Position numbers and translations under genes: made by a program. Source: Caldimicrobium thiodismutans (GTDB taxonomy: Bacteria; Desulfobacterota; Thermodesulfobacteria; Thermodesulfobacteriales; Thermodesulfobacteriaceae). Taken from it: a DNA stretch of 32,000 bases. The stretch spans positions 360,001 to 392,000 of the forward strand of contig NZ_AP014945.1 in assembly GCF_001548275.1 (NCBI RefSeq). Direction: 5' to 3'. Of the stretch, positions 10,301 through 16,762 are shown one piece after another; position 1 is the stretch's first letter, and every line of letters begins with the position of its first letter. The notes below the pieces were generated by a model. The model saw only the letters and a list, made by a program, of their open reading frames with translations. It had not been told where the DNA came from and made no database searches.

Positions 10301-10615
10301 TGTCCCTACATAAAATCTTGCCGTGACAACAGCCATCCCGGGTTTGGCAACGGAATAGATGTATTCAATATCCTTTAATTCCCAGAGCTTTTTTTCAAGG
10401 GGTGTAACCACTCTCTTTTCTACCTCTTTAGGTTCTGCCCCTGGATATTGAAGCATAATGTCAATCATAGGAACTACAATCTGGGGCTCTTCCTCCTTAG
10501 GGGTCTTAAGGATGGCAAAAAGCCCAAGGACAAGAGTAACAAGAATAATTACAGGGGTAAGCTTGGAATCAATGAAATAATTAACTATTCTTGCGGTAAG
10601 ACCAAGGTCTTTCAA
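7316..10615 (-). CDS. RND efflux transporter permease subunit (AcrB/CzcA superfamily)
   Basis: 1099 aa with a 12-TM architecture and two large periplasmic loops. TM4 proton-relay motif GILVDDPIVDVENI. TTG start at 10615 with GAGGT 5 nt upstream. Confidence 0.9.
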   Translation of the reverse strand: MKDLGLTARIVNYFIDSKLTPVIILVTLVLGLFAILKTPKEEEPQIVVPMIDIMLQYPGAEPKEVEKRVVTPLEKKLWELKDIEYIYSVAKPGMAVVTARFYVGTDPVKALVEINSKWMSAMDIAPPGVILPPLIKPKSIDDVPILSLTLWGERYDGYDLRRMAALLENEIKKLENVAEVSLIGGRPREIRIILDPARLESFRLSPLRLAQILKNANAQCVSGRLKEKNQEYLLQTGEFFRSKEDVENVIVGIFQGRPVYLKDVAKVSDGPSEVKDYVFFGGGPAGPKKGIQSSSELYPAVTIAISKRKGTNAVQVAEEVLELVSKVRSKLLPSDLHVTVTRNYGETSREKANELLEHLFIATFAVTLLIAVVLGWREAVVVGIAVPVTLAIALFLSMLYGFTLNRVTLFALIFCIGILVDDPIVDVENIHRWFKARLAPNARLAIIGAVNEVRAPIILATFTVIAALMPMAFVTGLMGPYMRPIPINASVAMLFSLLVALIITPWAAYRILKTPAEEDKEIEEEELAHDLEEMKKRELEQEISYIKKTKLYQFFAKGMFPFLSSPKKRYLLYGGIIFLLLASLSLFYFKVVLVKMLPYDNKSEVQIVLDMPEGTPLEKTLETAKAIGRYIQRESIVTDIQIYVGTSSPYNFNGLVRHYYLRSEPHQADIQVNLIGKHHRKEQSHDFAKRIRPKVHEIAKAYGAKYVAVVEVPPGPPVLSPIVAEVYAPDLISQENFARNVLKIFKNSPLITDEGIYLEDKAPRLRLKAKEEKLKAAGLQRSELVQTLSALCEGLQVGIFQNTDTEHTPILLKLDESFRTLELLRTLKVVNFEGKPVPLSELVEIKEDLIPSSIYHKNLRRVTYVVGDTGGRYEAPVYGIFDIREKIKALSNPYGEVREFWLTHPLALDKIAVKWDGEMHITLEVFRDLGLAFLGAIFVMYVLILGWFRDFRIPGVIMAPIPLTLFGIIPGHLILNSFFTATSMIGFIALAGIIVRNSILVVDFAEQRVKKGVPLALAVVESAAVRTRPIFLTASGVVVGAFVILFDPIFNGLAISLIFGTIGSTLLSLFLIPLLYYGHKLKRGHPAPSKDLLKKQIFD

Positions 10616-10627
10616 TTTAAACCTCTA

Positions 10628-11743
10628 TTATTCTACTAAACAGTGATCACAGGCCCTCTCAATCCCTTCAATAACTATGGTTTCCCCTTCCTTAAGGCCA
10701 GAAAGAATCTCTATTTGGTCATTCCATTTAGCACCAGTTTTAACATATCTTAATTCCAGGGTTTTATCTGGTTTTACTACAAAAATTCCTGTTAAGTCAT
10801 AACGCTTTAAGAGGGCCTTTTCCGGGACATAAAGGGCCTCCCTTTTTTCAGGTATATAGACCTTGGCAATCAACCCACTTTTTAAACCCTGTGTTTGTTT
10901 AAGCCTGAGTTTGATAGTAAAGGTCTGCGTTTGAGAATTTAGACCTGAACTTTTTTCAATCACCTCACCTTGGATTCTTTCAGAGAGCCCCTCTACAGAA
11001 GCAAAGAGAGACTTTCCAGGGTTTATTTCATTAAAAAATTTGGCTGGGATTTCAGCCCTGATCTGATAGGGAGGCTTTTCAAAGATAAGCATGGGCTCTC
11101 CAGGAATTGCCAGATCACCTGGATTAACTCTTTTTTCAATAACACATCCTGTAAAAGGTGCCCTAAGGTAAAGATACTGAAGCTGTGAAGAGATGGCATT
11201 CTTTTGGGCTTTAACTGCGGAGATCCCGGCTTTAGCTGCTTCTAAGGCCTCCTTGGAAGCTTCATATCTTGCCTTTACTTCATCATATTCTTGAGGGGTA
11301 ACCGCACCCTCTTTGAGGAGTTTATTATATCTTTCAAAGGTTTTTAAGTTTGCCTCATAATTAGCTTTCAAAGAGAGGTAGTTTGCTTCAGCCTGCTTCA
11401 TCTGATGAGAGAGGGCCTCAATCTGGGAGCTTATCTCAGTTCCCTCAATAGAGATAAGAAGGGCTCCTGCCTTTACACAATCTCCTTCTTTAACTTTTAC
11501 AGCTGTAACTCTTCCAGAGACCTTAGTTGCAATCTCTGCCTTATCTTCTGGGATAACTTCCCCTGTGTAAGCATTTTCAACGACCTCTCTTTTTTCAACC
11601 GTGCCAAACCGCAGACCCGTAACCTTCTGGGTCTTAGGCTTTACTTCTTTGCTTTCCATCTTTGAACTAAAGAACCCTGCAATCCAGAGCAAAACAAGAA
11701 TTAAGATTCCCAAAAAAATAATATATTTTAGATGATTTTTCAT
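10628..11743 (-). CDS. RND efflux membrane fusion (periplasmic adaptor) protein
   Basis: N-terminal TM/signal anchor, lipoyl-like hairpin VSGRVTAVKVKEGDCVKAGALLISIE, a coiled-coil hairpin and a beta-barrel C-terminus. ATGA overlap with the upstream TolC-like gene. Confidence 0.85.
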   Translation of the reverse strand: MKNHLKYIIFLGILILVLLWIAGFFSSKMESKEVKPKTQKVTGLRFGTVEKREVVENAYTGEVIPEDKAEIATKVSGRVTAVKVKEGDCVKAGALLISIEGTEISSQIEALSHQMKQAEANYLSLKANYEANLKTFERYNKLLKEGAVTPQEYDEVKARYEASKEALEAAKAGISAVKAQKNAISSQLQYLYLRAPFTGCVIEKRVNPGDLAIPGEPMLIFEKPPYQIRAEIPAKFFNEINPGKSLFASVEGLSERIQGEVIEKSSGLNSQTQTFTIKLRLKQTQGLKSGLIAKVYIPEKREALYVPEKALLKRYDLTGIFVVKPDKTLELRYVKTGAKWNDQIEILSGLKEGETIVIEGIERACDHCLVE

Positions 11744-13083
11744 AAAGCCTCCTTAAGGATACCTCCTGCAAGGAGGATTTGCATGTAAGCCTCGTGTAAA
11801 TCTTTTAGGGCCTGCAGTCTTTCAAGCCTTGCCTGATCAAGTTCAGATTGGGCATCAAGGAGGTCAAGCATTCTGGCAAGACCACTTTGATAGCGCAGTT
11901 GAATAATGCGGAGCATCTCCGTTGAGGCCTGGATCCGACTCTCAGCGCTCTTAAACTTATAAAGGGCATTTTGATATTCTGTATGGGCCTTCTCTATCTC
12001 AAAGAGGATGTTATTTTTCAGAAAAAGATATTTTTTTTCCAAGGAGGAGGATTTTTGAAGCTCAGCCTGAGCCTTTTTAAGAGTTGTAAGCCCGGTGTCA
12101 AATTTCCAGGTAAGACCAAGGCCAAGGAGATATCCACTTCCACTTGAACCAAAGGGATAGTTTTTATCATTAAGGGAATAGGTTGCAAAGGCTGAGATTT
12201 GAGGAAGGTTTTCGGAAAGGGTAACTTTATAAGCCTCCCTTTGCGTCTTAATCTCCTCTTCTAAGGCCTTTAAATCTTTTCTGTTTTGGAAGGCAAGGGT
12301 TTTAACCCTTTCAATTTCTATTTGAGGGATAGAGGCTAAGTCTTCAACTTCAAAATCTCCGAGAGATGTGTTTACAAGGAGTTCAAGATTCTTTTTAGCA
12401 AGGCTGTAATAGTTTTTAGCCTTTTCCTGTGACTCCTTGGCCCTATTGAGATAGACCTCGGCACGGTAAACATCTGAAAGGAGAGCTGTGCCTGCTTGAT
12501 AGCGGGCTTTAGCAATTCTTAAGTGTTCTTCAGCCTCTCGGATTGAACTCTCTGAGACCTTTATGCTCTCTTTGGATAGGATCGCAAAAAGGTAGGCCTG
12601 GTAAACCTGAGAGAGAACCTCTTCTTCTTTGCGCTCATAAAGATTTTTTAAAGCCCGAAAATGAGCCTCAGCTTGTTTTACCTGAGCCTGAATCTTTCCA
12701 CCCAGCCAGATGGGAAGTTCAAGGGTCAAGCGGGTCTCAAAGTTTGTTCTACTCTTGGGATCATTTAACTTTTTAATTTCAAAGTCCTTAGCTGAAAATT
12801 CTTCCTGATTCAGTTTAAAAGTAAAGACCTGGGCCGGGATATCGCTGTGGCTCAAAAGTTCTTCCAATTTTAGCCTTGGAAAATATGCCCCTTTGGCAGC
12901 TTCCTTTTCAAGCTCTGAAGCCTTGATAGCCTGTTGAAAGGCCTTAAGCTCTAAGTTGTTTTTTAGGGCAAGGGCTAAAAATTCTTTTAGAGAGATTTCT
13001 TTAGCAAAAAGGGAAAAAAGAGGAAGAATAGAAAAACTAAGGATCAAAAGGACAGACCTTATTATTCGGTGTAAGTTATCCAT
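11740..13083 (-). CDS. TolC-family outer membrane efflux protein
   Basis: Signal peptide after MDNLHRIIRSVLLILSFSILPLFSLFA, followed by two OEP-type coiled repeats. The ORF track extends to 13206 through an atypical GC-rich patch. I prefer the ATG at 13083, although no clear SD precedes it. Confidence 0.75.
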   Translation of the reverse strand: MDNLHRIIRSVLLILSFSILPLFSLFAKEISLKEFLALALKNNLELKAFQQAIKASELEKEAAKGAYFPRLKLEELLSHSDIPAQVFTFKLNQEEFSAKDFEIKKLNDPKSRTNFETRLTLELPIWLGGKIQAQVKQAEAHFRALKNLYERKEEEVLSQVYQAYLFAILSKESIKVSESSIREAEEHLRIAKARYQAGTALLSDVYRAEVYLNRAKESQEKAKNYYSLAKKNLELLVNTSLGDFEVEDLASIPQIEIERVKTLAFQNRKDLKALEEEIKTQREAYKVTLSENLPQISAFATYSLNDKNYPFGSSGSGYLLGLGLTWKFDTGLTTLKKAQAELQKSSSLEKKYLFLKNNILFEIEKAHTEYQNALYKFKSAESRIQASTEMLRIIQLRYQSGLARMLDLLDAQSELDQARLERLQALKDLHEAYMQILLAGGILKEAL

Positions 13084-13370
13084 ATTAATCAATAATTTAT
13101 AGAAATTTTTAAAAAAGGCAACCCTCCAGATTTTTTTCACACTTGTTAAGTGTCTGCATGCGTCGATATTTTTTTCAGCGTAGGCAGGCCTGTCTGCGGC
13201 AGGCACAGGCAGGTCTCTATGATTTTTTTAGTTCTATTTTACTACCTTTTCATTGTAAGGGATATTATTCGTTATAAGTCATAAATCATCCTGAACTCAT
13301 TTGTGGAAATCTTGTCAGGACTAATTATGGGGCTAAATTTAGAGACATTTTTGAATTAATGTGATAAAAG

Positions 13371-14567
13371 ATGGAGATAAAAGACCTTCTTGCCAGCCTT
13401 GTCATACTCTTGACCTATGTAGGTCTTACCTTAGGGCATCTTCCTTTTTTTCGCATGAACAGGGCAGGAATAATTTTGGTTGGGGTTACAATTCTTTCTT
13501 TAATGGGGATTATTAATTTAAAGGAGGCCTGGCAATCAATTGATGCCCAAACTCTGGTTTTTTTATTTGGCATAATGATTCTTAATGCCCATCTTGGTTA
13601 TGCAGGGTTTTTTGGTTTTTCCATGCAGGCCCTTTTAAGGTATGCCAGATCCCCCTTAGCTCTGCTCTGCATTATCAGTTTCTCAAGTGGTCTTCTATCT
13701 GCCTTTTTTCTCAATGATACAATGGCCCTTATGTTAACTCCTCTTGTTTATGGTGTGGTAAAGGCTCTTAAATTAAATCCCAATCCCTATCTTCTTGCCC
13801 TTATGTTTTCCGTTAATACAGGGAGTCTCATGACTCCTACTGGGAACCCTCAAAATATTCTCATAGCCAGTATCTCCGGCTTAAGTTTTGTTACCTTTAT
13901 TAAAAACCTATGGATAGTTTCACTCTTTGGACTTCTTTTACAGATTCTTATTCTTACATTTATTTATCCTGAGGTGCGTTCTTTAAAGCCCTTACCACCT
14001 TTAGAGATGACCTTTAGAGTTCATAAGGGACTCCTGAGAAAGGGAATTATGGTTACTTCAGGTCTTTTTTTAGCCTTTCTTGCTGGTCTACCCATGGCAG
14101 AGAGCGCCTTCATAGCTTGCGGGCTTTTACTTTTTACTCGAAGATTGCGTTCTGAGAGATACTTTAGCAAAATTGACTGGGAACTCCTTATTCTTTTTGC
14201 CGGACTTTTTATTTTAACCTTTACCACGCAAAAGTTGGGGTTACACAAACCACTCTTAGTTTTTACCCAGAGTTCTTATGGCCTTCTCTTTCTTACTGTA
14301 ATTCTTTCCTTGCTTATCTCCAATGTGCCAGCAGTATTAATTCTTTCGCCTTATGTAACCACTTCAAAGGATTGGTTACTTCTTGCTGGAGGAAGTACCC
14401 TTGCAGGTAATCTAACCCTTCTTGCCAGTGTAGCCAATTTGATTGTAGCAGAACTATTAGAAAAGGGAGGACATACTTTAAGTTTTTGGGAACATTTAAA
14501 AATAGGTCTCCCTTTAACTCTTCTTAATTTGCTTTTCCTGTATCTATGGCTATATCTACTTCCTTAA
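13371..14567 (+). CDS. ArsB/NhaD-superfamily anion permease (YbiR-like)
   Basis: 398-aa polytopic membrane protein carrying the superfamily signature TPTGNPQNILIAS. Confidence 0.7.
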   Translation: MEIKDLLASLVILLTYVGLTLGHLPFFRMNRAGIILVGVTILSLMGIINLKEAWQSIDAQTLVFLFGIMILNAHLGYAGFFGFSMQALLRYARSPLALLCIISFSSGLLSAFFLNDTMALMLTPLVYGVVKALKLNPNPYLLALMFSVNTGSLMTPTGNPQNILIASISGLSFVTFIKNLWIVSLFGLLLQILILTFIYPEVRSLKPLPPLEMTFRVHKGLLRKGIMVTSGLFLAFLAGLPMAESAFIACGLLLFTRRLRSERYFSKIDWELLILFAGLFILTFTTQKLGLHKPLLVFTQSSYGLLFLTVILSLLISNVPAVLILSPYVTTSKDWLLLAGGSTLAGNLTLLASVANLIVAELLEKGGHTLSFWEHLKIGLPLTLLNLLFLYLWLYLLP

Positions 14568-16131
14568 TCTCAAGGATTTTTTCCACATTAAAAGTGCGAG
14601 GTTCTCCACGGAGACAGCAAAAGGCCTTTAGAGCAAGAAAGGGTTTCCCCCGAAATTTTTCTTCTGAGACCTCCATAGGAAGAATTCTCCGTCTGCTTTT
14701 CTCATCACTACTTTTAAGATAAATTATCTCAAGCTCTTTTTTTTCTTGACAGGCCCTTTTGAGAAGTTTAATTTTTTCTTCAAGGGGAAGACTCTTTTTA
14801 GCTAAGGCATATTGAAAGGTAGTTAAAAATTTAATAACCCCTCGGTCAAGTCTGATATGGCCCTTTTTAACCGGGCTTTTTAGCACTATGCCATCAAGGG
14901 AGGTGCAACGGGAGAGGGCAACATAGAGCTGACCATGGGCAAAGGTCCCCTTCTCAAGATCAATGATTACTCTTTCAAAGGTAAGGCCTTGACTTTTATG
15001 AATAGTTATTGCCCAGGCAAGTTTTAAAGGAAACTGAACAAAGGAGCCAATAGTTTTTGTCTTCACTATTCCCTCATTTTTGTCAAAATAGTGCTCATAG
15101 ACCTCCCATTTAAAGGGAATTACCTCAACTATCTTTCCCCGTCTCAATTCAACCACTATGGTTTCATCCTCAGGCAGGATTTCAATAACTTTACCTACAT
15201 CTCCATTTACCCAGTCACCTTCTGGATGATTATTGAGAAGCATGACCTGAGCAGATTCTTTAATCTTCAAAATAAGGGGAGCAGGAAGATCATCAACCTC
15301 AAGTCTTCCCCTTAAGGAACCCTCGAATTCAAAGAGGGGCTTTTTTATGTTTTCTAATTGCGAAAGGTTTATCTCTTCAGCTCGAGCATTGGTTGTTGTA
15401 AGGTTGATATAAAATTCATTCGTTGGGGGTTCAAATTGAGGATTGACCCTTTCGTTTAAAATTGAGAGCACATCCTCTTCTGCAGTCCCATTCCGGATAC
15501 GATTAAGTATCTCAATGAACAAGGCATCTCTTTGGCGATAGATCTTTTCAAATTCTACAAATTCAAAGGGATTCTCTTTAAAGGCCCTGGCACTAAAGAA
15601 AAAGGGAGTCTCATAGAGATATTTAAAGATTTCTTTTTCTCCTGAAGTTACCACCGGGGGAAGCTGATAAAGGTCTCCTATAAGAATGATTTGAACACCT
15701 CCAAAGGGTTGTCCTTTCTTAGGGCCCCATTTTCTTAAAAAGGTCTCCACGCAGTCAAAGAGATCAGCCCTTACCATGGAGATTTCATCAATAATAAGGG
15801 TTTGAATATGTTTATAAAGATCCTTATAGTCCTCCTTGGGCCCTAATTTCATTACCTTTTCCAGAGTGATGTCAGGTTTGAAACCAAAAAAGGAGTGAAT
15901 GGTTTGCCCCTCAATGTTTAAAGCTGAAACCCCAGTAGGAGCAAGCACTACTAAGTTTTTTTTGAGATTATCTCTTATAAATCTCAAAAAGGTGGATTTG
16001 CCAGTTCCAGCACGGCCGGTAATGAGCAAGTTTTTAGAAGTTTTTGAAATTATAGCCCAGGCCTTTTCAAACTCAGGATTAAAATCAATTTTTTTCAAAC
16101 TTAAGGTTAAATCTGTCTTTCTCCCTGGCAA
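14524..16131 (-). CDS. PIF1/RecD-family SF1B helicase with C-terminal WYL domain
   Basis: Walker A ITGRAGTGKST, Walker B LIIDEISMV, and the GDLYQLPPV and ITIHKSQGLTFERV / LYVALSRC motifs. The last ~75 aa (ELEIIYLKSSDEKSRRRILPMEV...FLALKAFCCLRGEPRTFNVEKILEI) match the WYL pattern. TTG start at 16131 with GAGGT upstream. Confidence 0.8.
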   Translation of the reverse strand: MPGRKTDLTLSLKKIDFNPEFEKAWAIISKTSKNLLITGRAGTGKSTFLRFIRDNLKKNLVVLAPTGVSALNIEGQTIHSFFGFKPDITLEKVMKLGPKEDYKDLYKHIQTLIIDEISMVRADLFDCVETFLRKWGPKKGQPFGGVQIILIGDLYQLPPVVTSGEKEIFKYLYETPFFFSARAFKENPFEFVEFEKIYRQRDALFIEILNRIRNGTAEEDVLSILNERVNPQFEPPTNEFYINLTTTNARAEEINLSQLENIKKPLFEFEGSLRGRLEVDDLPAPLILKIKESAQVMLLNNHPEGDWVNGDVGKVIEILPEDETIVVELRRGKIVEVIPFKWEVYEHYFDKNEGIVKTKTIGSFVQFPLKLAWAITIHKSQGLTFERVIIDLEKGTFAHGQLYVALSRCTSLDGIVLKSPVKKGHIRLDRGVIKFLTTFQYALAKKSLPLEEKIKLLKRACQEKKELEIIYLKSSDEKSRRRILPMEVSEEKFRGKPFLALKAFCCLRGEPRTFNVEKILEIKEVDIAIDTGKAN

Positions 16132-16390
16132 GTAGAAACCTCAACTAAAAACTATCTTAAATTTACTGCTATATTCTTTTTTATCAAGAATTTCTATAAG
16201 TCCCTATCTTTTGAGACTTTATTTTTTTAGGGCTGTAGCGCACAATCAGATATTCTTATTTTTTAGCCTTTGAGGTTTTTCTCTACTTTGGATGCTCAGA
16301 AAGAGAAAGTGTCCCTTAAGTTACATATATCTTTTTCGAGGATTACATAGTGTCAACTTTCTTGTGTATAAAATTCTTTTTCATTTGTAA

Positions 16391-16650
16391 TAATTTTAAT
16401 CTCTCCACTCCCATATCTTGCCCTCTTCTTCTCCTTTAGTTTCTCTATATCCTCTCAAAATTTTTATCCTCCTAATCCCATACTTCTCGTTCTTCACCTC
16501 CACTACTAAATAAACAATCTTGTCAACAGGACCTAAGATATTTTCAAGTATTTCGTATAATATAGTTTTAAGGATTTCATAGAGCTTCTATTTACTAAAA
16601 TTTCTTTAAATTCAACCCAATTTTCTGCCTTAATTTTAATTCTCCCCCAT
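16391..16650. repeat. Two copies of a ~20-24 nt motif, TAATTTTAAT(C/T)TCTCC...CCCAT, 240 bp apart in an ORF-poor spacer
   Basis: Copy 1 is 16391..16414 (taattttaatctctccactcccat). Copy 2 is 16631..16650 (taattttaattctcccccat). On the minus strand each reads ATGGG..GAGA(T/A)TTAAAATTA, which is a start codon overlapping the stop of a preceding mini-ORF. Confidence 0.5.
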
Positions 16651-16762
16651 CTATACCCAAAATTTCTAATACTACTGACTTCCAAGTTTTATATTATTCT
16701 TAATGATATACAGTTCTAAATAGCCTCTTTTTATCCATTAAATATTTGTTTAGTTGGGCTTT

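Noticed and set aside
7431-10313. Plus-strand ORFs inside the RND pump gene (7431..7907 at 158 aa, 8055..8261, 8642..9082 at 146 aa, 9192..9419, 9966..10313)
   Set aside because: They are antisense to a well-supported 1099-aa gene. Their translations are low-complexity (Ser/Ile/Lys/Arg-rich) with no motifs, SDs or sensible starts. Long shadow ORFs like these are typical opposite a long coding region.
13100-13125. Possible sigma-54 site TGGAGGGTTGCC upstream of the RND operon
   Set aside because: The GG-to-GC spacing is 4 nt too short for a -24/-12 promoter.
13084-13206. N-terminal 41-aa extension of the TolC-like ORF (MPAADRPAYAEKNIDACRHL...)
   Set aside because: The extension precedes the obvious signal peptide and is encoded by the atypical GC-rich patch, which looks like non-coding DNA. 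I prefer the start at 13083.
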